Below, one piece after another: positions 1-8,944 of a DNA stretch of 45,902 nucleotides (positions are counted from its first letter, which is position 1; every line of letters begins with the position of its first letter). The DNA is from Candidatus Bathyarchaeia archaeon (GTDB taxonomy: Archaea > Thermoproteota > Bathyarchaeia > Bathyarchaeales > Bathycorpusculaceae), in NCBI GenBank assembly GCA_050015395.1, contig JBEKBM010000026.1, positions 1 through 45,902 on the forward strand, read 5' to 3'. The notes beneath the pieces were generated by a model. The model made no database searches, was not told the origin of the DNA, and saw nothing but the letters and a program-made list of their open reading frames with translations. The translations under genes were made by a program, and so were the position numbers.

Positions 1-56
1 AAATCCGTCTTGGCAAGCTTTCTGAAGGCTCCCCTAATGTCAGGAGATAACCTCAC
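1..56 (-). CDS. 5' start of a gene running off the left edge (MRLSPDIRGAFRKLAKTD...)
   Basis: GTG at 56-54 preceded by SD-like GGTGATGGTG; frame is open to the window edge; product not identifiable. Confidence 0.35.
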   Translation of the reverse strand, partial: MRLSPDIRGAFRKLAKTD

Positions 57-184
57 ACCATCACCAGACAACCAATTATGTATCTACTAAGGATAAAAAG
101 ATGTAACGTTAGAAACTTGACTTAACAAAAACATAAGACTTTTATTGGCATCCGCCTAATAGTAAAAAGCTTGAGGAAAAACCC

Positions 185-445
185 TTGGTAGAAGACGCCG
201 TAATCGAGATCGGGCATGTGACACATTTCTTTTCTAAAATCAGCGTAGCAGTAGTAGAATTAATGTTACCGTTATCTGTTGGAGATCGTATACTTGTAAA
301 AGGGCCTTCGACTGATTTTGAGCAAACTGTAGAATCTATGCAAATAGAAGGCAAATCTATTCCACGCGCTGAAGGTGGACAAAACATAGGATTAAAAGTA
401 GTGCAACCAGCGAAAGAAAAAGACGTGGTTTACAAGAAACTATAA
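185..445 (+). CDS. Translation elongation factor-like small beta-barrel protein (EF-Tu domain II / U32 peptidase C-terminal-like)
   Basis: IGHVTHFFSKISVAVVEL...LSVGDRI...VESMQIE...AEGGQNIGLKV pattern. Confidence 0.8.
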   Translation: MVEDAVIEIGHVTHFFSKISVAVVELMLPLSVGDRILVKGPSTDFEQTVESMQIEGKSIPRAEGGQNIGLKVVQPAKEKDVVYKKL

Positions 446-489
446 GCATACAATCCTTGCTTTCATGCTACGAATCGATAATCGAAAAA

Positions 490-1620
490 TTAAGGTATTA
501 TTTCACAGCCGTTGTACTTAATGAAATCGAAATCTTTTAGGTTTACTTTTTCGTTCTTGAGCAAGCGCTGAATCCGTGGAACCTCAGCCTTCACAGCCTC
601 CACGAGTTCTGCAACCGTGTGGCAGACCTTACCGTAAGCTTCATCACTCCAGCGCTTAGTCACATTTGCATATAAGCATCTTCCACCACAAACATTCAGA
701 ATCGAGCAGTTTGCACACGGCGGCTGGTCAACAAAAATTTTCTTTATTTTACGCGGATCAACATTGATTATGTGGCCTAAATAGTAATTTTTCATCCCCC
801 ACATTGTTGGGCAAGGAATGATGTAACCGTCAGTTTGAATGGCATAGTTTATCCAGCCTCCACCGCAACGCATAAAACAATTTTTCTCTTCATGCAAAAG
901 CGAATCGGCGATGCCCAGCAAAGGGTAAAGCTTCAAAACAACGCCCTTCTCCTCCATCAGGTCTACCCAGAACTCTGCAAGCTTTTTTACGCCAGGAATA
1001 TAGCTTGTCTCTGTCCACTGTTCAAAGTTGCGCCTTCCATAATCGTTTCCCCAAAAACCAGCGTTCAATTGCCAATGCACAGAGGAAAAAGAAAATTCAT
1101 CGTTGTCTAAGAGCCATCGGACTTGCTTGTAGATGTCCGTTTGCTCCATGATTGTCATTCTAGCAATTAATTCTCCTCTAAAGCCGTTTTGCTTGATTAA
1201 TTTCAGGTTGTTTACGACTTTGCGGAAGGTGCCGTTTCCCCTGTAATAATCAGTTAAGGCTTCTTCACCATCAATGGAAACTAGAATAGTGTGAAAACGG
1301 TTAACGTATTTTGGCTCCAACTTGTCAAGCAGCAAACCATTTGTCTGAATCATAAAATGCTTAGGCGAAACATTATCCATCACCTGTCTCATTTTGTCAG
1401 CGCAAAGCAAGGGTTCGCCGCCGTAAAAGGTTAAGACGCAATCGGGATCTTTTCGGCAAAACTTGTCCAGCAACTCCACGTTATAGTTAATTTCGCTGGG
1501 AAGCTCATAATCCACCACGATGTCGTCTCCGAAGTCCTCGTCAAAATCATCCAAGGACTCGCCGAAACAGTAGCGGCACTGCAAATTGCACTTGGTTGTC
1601 AGTATCACGTGGAAGAACAT
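490..1620 (-). CDS. Radical SAM/SPASM protein, resembling the archaeal AF0577 (TIGR04084) putative peptide-modifying family
   Basis: CNLQCRYC (CxxxCxxC), YGGEPLL, SIDG; C-terminal CGGG...IIPCP...CANCSILNVCGGRC...C SPASM cysteines. Confidence 0.85.
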   Translation of the reverse strand: MFFHVILTTKCNLQCRYCFGESLDDFDEDFGDDIVVDYELPSEINYNVELLDKFCRKDPDCVLTFYGGEPLLCADKMRQVMDNVSPKHFMIQTNGLLLDKLEPKYVNRFHTILVSIDGEEALTDYYRGNGTFRKVVNNLKLIKQNGFRGELIARMTIMEQTDIYKQVRWLLDNDEFSFSSVHWQLNAGFWGNDYGRRNFEQWTETSYIPGVKKLAEFWVDLMEEKGVVLKLYPLLGIADSLLHEEKNCFMRCGGGWINYAIQTDGYIIPCPTMWGMKNYYLGHIINVDPRKIKKIFVDQPPCANCSILNVCGGRCLYANVTKRWSDEAYGKVCHTVAELVEAVKAEVPRIQRLLKNEKVNLKDFDFIKYNGCEIIP

Positions 1621-1662
1621 GCATGGAGCAGAATGTGACTCTGCCTTAATAGTATTTTTCCG

Positions 1663-3018
1663 CTAGCTTACGAGCTTCATCATACCAGGCGACGAGGCGT
1701 CTCCTTCGTTTTCTTTGCCTTCTACTACTGTATCGTCAGCGTTTTTTGTTTTTTTCTTGCTTCCTTCTTTCTTAGCCTGCTTAAGAGCCTTCTCAGCATA
1801 ATTCTTGAGGTCTCTGTCATTCATTGTTTTCTCAGGCAAAGTCTCAGGTGCATAAACCAAAGGCAAAACAGCCAAAAACAAAAAGATAGCGGTAAATGAA
1901 AATATTGAATTTGCCGGGATCGTCTTGACTATTTCATTTGCTACCGTTAATGTTAAGAGGTATGAAATGAAGAAAGGTAAAACTCCAACAGCATAATACT
2001 TTTCGCTAGGGGAACCATGGCTAATATCTGCCCAGATCGTCATTATAAAAATTACAAAGAGAATCCCTAGTGCGACGCCATCGACAACTGTGTAAAAATA
2101 CCAGCTTAGCGGATTATAAGGATAAATGCCTAAAAATGAATATCCTAAACCTAGCAAGGCAAATCCGATGATTGACATCCTCTTGCGTCCAACAATATCG
2201 GCAAGAAAACCTCCAATCACAGCGAAAAATGCAAGGAAAATGTTTTCAATGCCTTGTAAAGATTGTGCACTTAGAACGTTTATCGAGTTTGCTTGCATGC
2301 TTTGGATTATGTTGTTTTGAAGTGGAACCGTCAAGTAAGTAATTAATGAGAATAATGTCCATGGAATCAGATATAATAAAAATTGCTTGTTATTCAACAG
2401 CGACTTGTAAGTTATTGCTTGATTTTCGTTTAATTTTTGTTTTTGAGGCGAGGTTAAGAAAAATGCAAGGAAAAGTGCTAGACCAAATAGTCTTAATAAT
2501 GAAAGGGTAATTGTTTGTAGGCCAATGTCTCCATCAACAACAATGCCAAGGACAACCATAATTAATACGCTTAAGAGAAATGTTATACCGCTTATGCGAC
2601 CGCGTTTTTCAACCCCTACATTTTCTGAGAACCAACCCATACAACAAGGCATACCTAGCCCTAAAGATACTCCTAAAAGTGGTGATAACAAAAGAATATT
2701 CGATATTTCTTTTAGACTTAAAAAGATGGGAATAAAAGATACGATTGTTCCGAAAACCAACCAAAAGAGCATAAAACTTGATCTATCTTTATTTCTTTTA
2801 ACTATTGAAGCACCGATTAAGGCAGAAACCGCAATTCCACCAAAATGAAGCACCCAAATAAGCACAGTCAGTGACTGACTAATTTGCATGCTGCCCACAA
2901 TGGATTTCAGTAAGTCTATAGCAAAATAATACCAGACAAACGCATTGGTCACTAACACTATGCTTATAACAACATACTTTGCGTTTCTAAAGTCTGTGAA
3001 GAGTTTATTTGGAAGCAA
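1663..3018 (-). CDS. MFS transporter (about 12 TM)
   Basis: Multiple hydrophobic helices, MFS motif A GFLADIVGRKR, and PETLP after the last TM. The C-terminus may continue to 1646 in another frame (YDEARKLAEKYY*). Confidence 0.85.
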   Translation of the reverse strand: MLPNKLFTDFRNAKYVVISIVLVTNAFVWYYFAIDLLKSIVGSMQISQSLTVLIWVLHFGGIAVSALIGASIVKRNKDRSSFMLFWLVFGTIVSFIPIFLSLKEISNILLLSPLLGVSLGLGMPCCMGWFSENVGVEKRGRISGITFLLSVLIMVVLGIVVDGDIGLQTITLSLLRLFGLALFLAFFLTSPQKQKLNENQAITYKSLLNNKQFLLYLIPWTLFSLITYLTVPLQNNIIQSMQANSINVLSAQSLQGIENIFLAFFAVIGGFLADIVGRKRMSIIGFALLGLGYSFLGIYPYNPLSWYFYTVVDGVALGILFVIFIMTIWADISHGSPSEKYYAVGVLPFFISYLLTLTVANEIVKTIPANSIFSFTAIFLFLAVLPLVYAPETLPEKTMNDRDLKNYAEKALKQAKKEGSKKKTKNADDTVVEGKENEGDASSPGMMKLVS

Positions 3019-3120
3019 ATTTTGCCTTCCATTAAAAATCTCTTTACCTTTAAGCGCCTGATAAGGATTGAGAATTTAAAAACTGTATTTTGTGTAAGTA
3101 GTACTGTACAACAGAGCTAC

Positions 3121-3137
3121 CGAAAACCTTTTAAATA
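3121..3137 (+). promoter_or_regulatory. Archaeal BRE-TATA promoter for the small peptide ORF
   Basis: CGAAAA (3121-3126) followed by TTTTAAATA (3129-3137), 37 nt upstream of TTG at 3174. Confidence 0.65.
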
Positions 3138-3173
3138 AATTGTGTAGAACAGAAATACAGGAGAAGAAAGCAA

Positions 3174-3230
3174 TTGAAGGCTACAAGGAAAAAACCACAA
3201 GGTCTAATACGAAGCGCTTGGTCTACTTAA
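3174..3230 (+). CDS. 18-aa putative precursor peptide MKATRKKPQGLIRSAWST (candidate prenylation substrate)
   Basis: TTG start with GGAG at 3160-3163, BRE/TATA upstream and a T7 tract downstream; single Trp third from the C-terminus; flanked by a prenyltransferase-like gene and an MFS gene. Confidence 0.65.
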   Translation: MKATRKKPQGLIRSAWST

Positions 3231-3243
3231 AAAATAGACTGGG

Positions 3244-3256
3244 TTCTTTTTTTATT
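3244..3256 (+). terminator. Oligo-T terminator after the peptide ORF
   Basis: TTCTTTTTTTATT just downstream of the stop codon. Confidence 0.5.
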
Positions 3257-3281
3257 CCATTTTAATTCGATAGGTTTATGG

Positions 3282-4262
3282 CTAAATATCTTCTAGCATA
3301 CAGTTTAATAACAGGGAAAAAGAGTTATTTTGAAATTTAACCAAGTGTAAGTTTTCATTTTCTGCTTTTACCAACGAATACATTTCTTGCTTCAGCTGGT
3401 TTGTCTCTTTTGAATCAATAACGATGTCCAAGATGTTCTCCAGTTGCCTCTCTGTTATTTCGCTTTTAATCAACTTTGAAATCTTTTCAGCTTTCTTGGC
3501 ATTCTTACAAGTTAAAAGAATAGGAAGAGGTAAGCATTCATTTTGAGCTCTGTTTTTGATTTCTGCCAGCTCAAAAGTGTCAATAAATTCATCTCTTAAA
3601 GTAAATAGGATACTGAACGTTTTGCCGTAATGACCTAAAGCCTCCATTTCTTGAGCTGTTCCTTGACCTAAAATTGCTCCTATCTCCATGGTCGCTTTTG
3701 TTATAGTAGCCTTCATCTTGATCATTTCACGGTAATCTTCTGCACAATCAATTCTTCCGCGCAAGCTGGCTTCCCTGGCTTCTCCGCTGCTTACTCCGAA
3801 GAAAGCTTGTTTTATCAGTTGCAAAATGGCTTGCTTTTGTTCGGTTGGTAGAGTCTCACAGGCTTCATGTAGCGCATAAAGCCCTTTGAATAGTAAAACT
3901 TCGCCTGCGAGAACTGTCAAGTCCTTCCCAAACTTGCCATAAACGGTTGGTTTTGAATCTTTCACTGCTGATTGATCAATTACGTCATCGTGCAAGTCAG
4001 CACCTCCAGAAAGAAGGACCAAAGCAGCTGCCACATTATTTGTGTCTTCTGGGGTTCCTCCGACAGCCTCGCATGCAAGCGAAAGCAAAGCTGGGTGCAG
4101 CACATCTTCCCAGGAGTTCATGAAATATTCGACTGCTTCTCGGAGAGGTTCATAGGAGATTTTTTCTTCAGCCATTATTTGGCGTGCCAAATCAAGCCCT
4201 TTTTGTCCCCGTTCATATAAGAGTTCTCGCGCTTGCATTACTAAGTTTTTTTCCGTTGCCAT
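3282..4262 (-). CDS. Divergent polyprenyl synthetase (trans-IPPS fold) family protein; candidate ComQ-like peptide prenyltransferase
   Basis: FARM LHDDVID intact; SARM degenerate (LRDEFID); GKRxRP replaced by EDVLHP; RRG replaced by VKD. Confidence 0.8.
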   Translation of the reverse strand: MATEKNLVMQARELLYERGQKGLDLARQIMAEEKISYEPLREAVEYFMNSWEDVLHPALLSLACEAVGGTPEDTNNVAAALVLLSGGADLHDDVIDQSAVKDSKPTVYGKFGKDLTVLAGEVLLFKGLYALHEACETLPTEQKQAILQLIKQAFFGVSSGEAREASLRGRIDCAEDYREMIKMKATITKATMEIGAILGQGTAQEMEALGHYGKTFSILFTLRDEFIDTFELAEIKNRAQNECLPLPILLTCKNAKKAEKISKLIKSEITERQLENILDIVIDSKETNQLKQEMYSLVKAENENLHLVKFQNNSFSLLLNCMLEDI

Positions 4263-4599
4263 TATGGTCGTTTCCTTATTGTCGCGTTATGTATTTGTCT
4301 TTTTAGGTAAACGCTCTGGCGGCGACGTAATGTTGGCAGTAGTGTAAGGCTCGGTTGCCGCATGATGCGATATAATTAAATTTGTGTCTGCTGTTCGGAA
4401 TAGATCAATGGGCAGAGATATCCTCTGTTTTTGGGTACATTTTAAGTCCCTTTAATCTACGTCTTGCTTTTATGCGCAGGATTTGCTCATAACACCTTGC
4501 ATTGCACCATAAAACTCGGCTACGCCTATGCATAGGTTTGTTTTAGATAAACAACCATCAAAATGGCTTGAAAAAAGCAATGGGCTTGTTTCTCGAGTG

Positions 4600-5301
4600 T
4601 TACGGCGTTACATTAGGGCTATCTTGCGAAATTAACGCATTATACATCACCATAGCGACTGCCACTGACCCGTCACTATCTGGGTGAACTCCGTCTGGAA
4701 AATATGCTGAGTGGTTAATCATGGGGTTGTAAACATCAATTACTGAGGCGCCAGTATTGTTTGCCACTTGTTCAATGTCTGGGATAATGTTCTGCACAAG
4801 GCATTCTGCGCTCAGACCAGTACTATTGCTAAAAATCGGCGGTGGCTCCGCAATCCACACCTTCGGTTTGGTCGAAAGCCCCTGGAACTGCGTGACCAGC
4901 CGAACATAATCATTAATAAAAACTGCGTTAGATTCGTTAAGGTCTGAGTTCGCGTCGTTGGTTCCCAGCATGATAATTACGATATTAGGTTCAAATTGCT
5001 TAGCAACTCGAAATGCAGGCGTGTAAATATACGGATTGTCTGAATTAAGGAAAACCGTGGCTCCGTTAACACCAAAGTTGCCAACCACATAGTTAGAGCT
5101 AAGCATCAGCCACAGGTCAACTGGATAAGCGGTTCCGCAAGTTATGCTGTCTCCGACGCAAGCTACGCGAATGGAGTCGGCTTGGCTTCTGCCATTTCCC
5201 ATTATTTGCCAGGCGTAGGTTTCTACGCTTAACAAGACTATTAAAATGGCAACTCCAAGCGTTAACAGCTTCATTTTACGATTCATACTTTTTCGATTCA
5301 A
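4600..5301 (-). CDS. SGNH/GDSL esterase-lipase, secreted or membrane-anchored
   Basis: GDSIT, GNFGVNG, LGTND and DGVHP blocks; N-terminal signal/TM segment. Confidence 0.9.
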   Translation of the reverse strand: MNRKSMNRKMKLLTLGVAILIVLLSVETYAWQIMGNGRSQADSIRVACVGDSITCGTAYPVDLWLMLSSNYVVGNFGVNGATVFLNSDNPYIYTPAFRVAKQFEPNIVIIMLGTNDANSDLNESNAVFINDYVRLVTQFQGLSTKPKVWIAEPPPIFSNSTGLSAECLVQNIIPDIEQVANNTGASVIDVYNPMINHSAYFPDGVHPDSDGSVAVAMVMYNALISQDSPNVTP

Positions 5302-5347
5302 CCGTACTATGTTTAAGGTCTTAACCGCTGAACATTAGTTTTCTTCA

Positions 5348-5435
5348 TGGTGCAGGGGGTGGGATTTGAACCCACGAACCTCTACAGGATAGGCTCCTGA
5401 AGCCTACGCCTTTGACCATGCTCGGCGACCCCTGC
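5348..5435 (-). tRNA. tRNA-Leu(CAG), CCA encoded
   Basis: Acceptor GCAGGGG/CCCCTGC; anticodon arm TAGGC-TTCAGGA-GCCTA; long variable arm; T arm GTGGG-TTCAAAT-CCCAC. Confidence 0.93.
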
Positions 5436-5460
5436 ACTTACGCGGATCAAATTTGAGGAG

Positions 5461-5534
5461 GGCCGAGGCAGGGATTTGAACCCTGGCAAAAGGCTCCACA
5501 GGCCTCTAGGCTACCAAGCTACCTCACCTCGGCC
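5461..5534 (-). tRNA. tRNA-His(GUG) with genomically encoded G-1
   Basis: G-GCCGAGG/CCTCGGC-C acceptor; anticodon arm GAGGC-CTGTGGA-GCCTT; T arm CAGGG-TTCAAAT-CCCTG. Confidence 0.93.
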
Positions 5535-5720
5535 ACATTTTGGTGTTTTCGACTACTTTTTGCCCGTCGTTGATAGCTTGGTTATTAATCATTTTCTTTT
5601 TCTCAGGAATATTAAGTTGTCCTTTTGGCAGACGTATTCGAATCCTACTTCCAAGAGGCTTTTTATTTCTTCAGGGTTTTCTGAGACTTTGACTGTAAAG
5701 ACCTTGCGTGGTTTGAAGGG

Positions 5721-5939
5721 TTGCGCGAATCATACAAGATCGTTCTCACCGCTAAAGGTGATTGCACGGTTCTGACAAAGAGCGTAAGGGGAAGCGGAGA
5801 TACGTTTGAGATTGAGAGGTCGGGTGACATAACTAACATTACCTTGCTCAAACGGCTCTATGAGTTGCTGTTGATCGAATACAAAGAAGTCGCTGGAACA
5901 AACACGAAACTGGAAAGATATTTCGGTCTGAAATCTTGA
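5721..5939 (+). CDS. Small hypothetical protein
   Basis: 72-aa ORF with protein-like composition; competes with overlapping antisense ORFs. Confidence 0.45.
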   Translation: MRESYKIVLTAKGDCTVLTKSVRGSGDTFEIERSGDITNITLLKRLYELLLIEYKEVAGTNTKLERYFGLKS

Positions 5940-6064
5940 CTGAAAGAGAAATTCATAGCGAACTAAAAGAAACAATGAAAAAGCCGAGATTTTAATGGCA
6001 AAAGTAAAGCGGTCGTAATAGCGGTTAGGTGTGCCCGTCGTGGGCTACGTGTGCGCGCGCAATG

Positions 6065-6328
6065 TTAGGTTGCGCATTTTGGACCTTTGTGAGCGCTCAA
6101 TACAACTGAGGTTATTGTGCTCTTCACTCCCTTGATCTTCATGATTCTGTTTTTCAGGGCATCCCTTAATTCCTCGATATTCGATGCCGACACAAGCGTA
6201 ACGATGTCAAATTCGCCTGTTACCTCGTACAGTTCCTCCACTGCGTCTATCTTGGAAAGGGCTTGAACCACATCATCCATGAGGGGCGCTTCCACGAAAA
6301 TGTTTACAAAAGCATGTAATCCATGCAC
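6065..6328 (-). CDS. Stand-alone Lrp/AsnC ligand-binding (RAM) domain protein
   Basis: VEELYEVTGEFDIV...IMKIKGVKSTITSVVL signature. Confidence 0.88.
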   Translation of the reverse strand: MHGLHAFVNIFVEAPLMDDVVQALSKIDAVEELYEVTGEFDIVTLVSASNIEELRDALKNRIMKIKGVKSTITSVVLSAHKGPKCAT

Positions 6329-6511
6329 TTATTTCACCAGTAACCTGGTCATAGTCTCTTCAAGTTTCCACTGGTCAAGGTAAGTATTGTACTTTTCTAT
6401 GTTGTTTCTTTGTCGTTTCCTGTTAGGGAAATCAGGTATAACATATTTGGATCCTGATCCAGAATTGTAGCGTCACAAAACTTTTATACGATAGTTTATA
6501 GACTTTGTAAA

Positions 6512-6949
6512 ATGATGCCAACTGTAAGAGATTTTATGACAACGAATGTCATCACAATTGATGTTCAGGGGACCGTGCTTGAGGCTGCAAAGCTAATGCA
6601 CCAACAAGATGTAGGTGATCTTGTAGTAATGGAGGGTATTGTGGCTAAGGGCATAGTTACTGAAAGAGACTTAGTTAGAAGGGTTATGGCGCAGAAAAAA
6701 CCGCTTGATACTAAAGTCTCTGAGGTAATGTCAGATCCGCTTATAACAATCGAGGAGGAATCCTCACTGCGAGATGCTGCGAGGAAAATGGTCAAGTATA
6801 AAATAAGGCGACTTCCCGTTACGAAGAATAACGTGTTGGTCGGTATAATAGCCACTTCTGATTTTGCTAGGCACCTCAGCAAAAAAAGCTTCAGTGAAGT
6901 AATGCTCGCTGCCATGAGCCGATATCCCTTAGCCGACGCCAACCGATGA
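6512..6949 (+). CDS. CBS domain pair protein
   Basis: TVRDFMT, GIVTERDL, VSEVMSDP, IRRLPV, LVGII. Confidence 0.92.
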   Translation: MMPTVRDFMTTNVITIDVQGTVLEAAKLMHQQDVGDLVVMEGIVAKGIVTERDLVRRVMAQKKPLDTKVSEVMSDPLITIEEESSLRDAARKMVKYKIRRLPVTKNNVLVGIIATSDFARHLSKKSFSEVMLAAMSRYPLADANR

Positions 6950-7264
6950 GCGCGCTCAACTGCATCAAATACTCAAACCGATGCCACCTCAACTGACAAC
7001 GCTTCGCGTGCTAATGACCATCTCACTGACCGCTGACATCCCAAGCATCATCATATCCCTAGTTTTCGTAAAGATACGTTCAACGTGGCCATAGACGGAA
7101 AATCATCAGCAAAATCCTCAACGCTAACGGACAAATACGTTAACCATGCGTATTCACACTTAATTGTTGCAGGTCAATTGCCCATTATTTCTTCAACCCT
7201 ACAATCTTTAGCCATCAACAAAACCAAAAAGCAACGCCAAGAGAAGATTTACGGTGAGCTTTAT

Positions 7265-8442
7265 ATGAAGCGAAAACTCTGTTTTAAGCAACGGAGTCAA
7301 TTTAAACGTATAACTTTAAGACAATCTTTCGTTTTTTAGCGTTCATAATCGTCTTAGGTCTCAGCCTTTTAAGCGTAACTTCACTTTCGTCTGCCAGCCT
7401 AACCTCATACAGCAACGTCCAAATAAACATCCAAACCTCAAACATACAATCAGGCTACTTCACAGTCTCAGCGTTCAACATGACCGGCTACCAGGAATCC
7501 TCAGTTCAAACCTATTATCCCGCCGCCTCCTTCGAACTTCCAAACGGACAATACATCTTCACCGTCACCGCAAACAACCAAACCAACTCGAACTATCCAG
7601 TTCCACTGGGACTCGGAGCCACATCAAGCAGCGGTGAAAGCTCCCCAAGCACTCCATCATTACCCATCTCCGTAGCCCCAGCAACCGAATACGGATACTC
7701 AGTACAGCAAATCTCCAACTCAATAACGATCACAATCACAACTCAAAACGTTTCTTCATTCCCAACAAATACACTAACAATACAAGTCCTCTACGCCAAC
7801 GGAACCGTAGCCGCAGACGCATCCGTTTCAGCATCCACCATCGGATCCTCATACTACTGGGGCTACGAACCCAACGTCACAACCTGGACCACAACCGGAC
7901 CCGACGGCTACGCAACCCTCATAACACCCACAGCACCAGAACAAATCGACGCGTGGAGCTGGCTACCCCTAAACCTCACCGACAACACCGCACCGCAAGT
8001 CATCATCGCGGGCGAACCCGTAAACGTAACTGGTCCCATGGAGCCAGCCTACATCGGAGTAGCGGGCTCAACGCTGATAGTTCCCCCGCAAACAACGGCA
8101 ACAATCACAATGTACACACAACAGCAAAGCTACTGGATAACCCCATATGCAGCCACCGCAACACCAGAAACAGGCTCAACAGCAAGCGCTCCAAGCTCAA
8201 GTTCATTCGCTGGTCCCGGCGCAATCCCCGCTTCAGTATATGCCCAACAACAAGGAAACCCAGCACTCCAGACGACCCAAACGCCAACACCAACCACTAC
8301 AAGTTCCCGCACAACCAGCGGAAACACGCTACTCCTAACTATTTTAGTCGCCATAGTCATCGCAGGAGTCGCAGTGGCAAGCCTAATAATCGCAACAAGA
8401 ACCAAAAGAAAACAACAACAATCGAGCTTGCAGGCGAGTTAA
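7265..8442 (+). CDS. Secreted Ser/Thr-rich surface protein with a C-terminal membrane anchor; 1-nt frameshift in the signal region (ORF track shows only 7480-8442)
   Basis: ATG 7265 with GGTGA SD gives a basic n-region; the frame of 7480 is open back to 7306 and encodes the h-region FLAFIIVLGLSLLSVTSLSSA; T-rich linker, TM and KRK tail at the C-terminus. Confidence 0.7.
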
Positions 8443-8571
8443 ACAATTGGTGAAAAATGATAATTTTGAGGTCCACAGCTACTTCTTGCTTCTATGAAGT
8501 CGCCGCCATAGAAGCGATGAACAGTTTTCTGAAAACTCAATATCGTCCAAAAAACTCTTTTTTATTTGGGC

Positions 8572-8931
8572 TTACCCTAAGTATTCGCACCAACTTTTTG
8601 GGCTTTCCCAGACTCTCACTTTTTCGAGTTTCACGCAGTCTGGTATTACTTTCTTAAGGTAATCAAAAGCATATTTTGAAATGTTTTCGGATGTTGGGTT
8701 GCCGATTTCTGTTAGCTCATTTAGGTATGTATGATCAAGTTTTTCCGCTATTTCCTGAAGGCTTGTCTTAAGAACGTTAAAGTCTATAACCATGCCAGTA
8801 GATTCTGTTTTTTCGCCTATAACGAAGAGTTCTATTTTCCACGTGTGCCCATGTAGCCTTTCACATTTGCCGTTGGAAGCAAGAATATTGTGGGCTGCAT
8901 CAAACGTTGTTTCAACTCTTAGTCGATACAT
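8572..8931 (-). CDS. queD: 6-carboxytetrahydropterin synthase / PTPS (COG0720)
   Basis: FDAAH, CERLHGHTW, LDHTYLN, NPTSENI, VWES. Confidence 0.92.
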   Translation of the reverse strand: MYRLRVETTFDAAHNILASNGKCERLHGHTWKIELFVIGEKTESTGMVIDFNVLKTSLQEIAEKLDHTYLNELTEIGNPTSENISKYAFDYLKKVIPDCVKLEKVRVWESPKSWCEYLG

Positions 8932-8944
8932 GCTGTAACCTCGA

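Noticed and set aside
4270-4440. Possible second precursor peptide upstream of the prenyltransferase-like gene
   Set aside because: Minus-strand frames give only an 11-aa ORF or ORFs without a convincing start/SD, and none has a C-terminal Trp.
5476-5775. 99-aa plus-strand ORF
   Set aside because: It overlaps tRNA-His antisense; spurious.
6950-7160. Strand-skewed stretch resembling a decayed minus-strand gene
   Set aside because: Stops in all frames and no recognisable motif; cannot be assigned.
7953-8453. 166-aa His/Arg/Asn-rich alternative-frame ORF
   Set aside because: A by-product of the A/C-rich codon usage of the Thr/Ser-rich surface protein.
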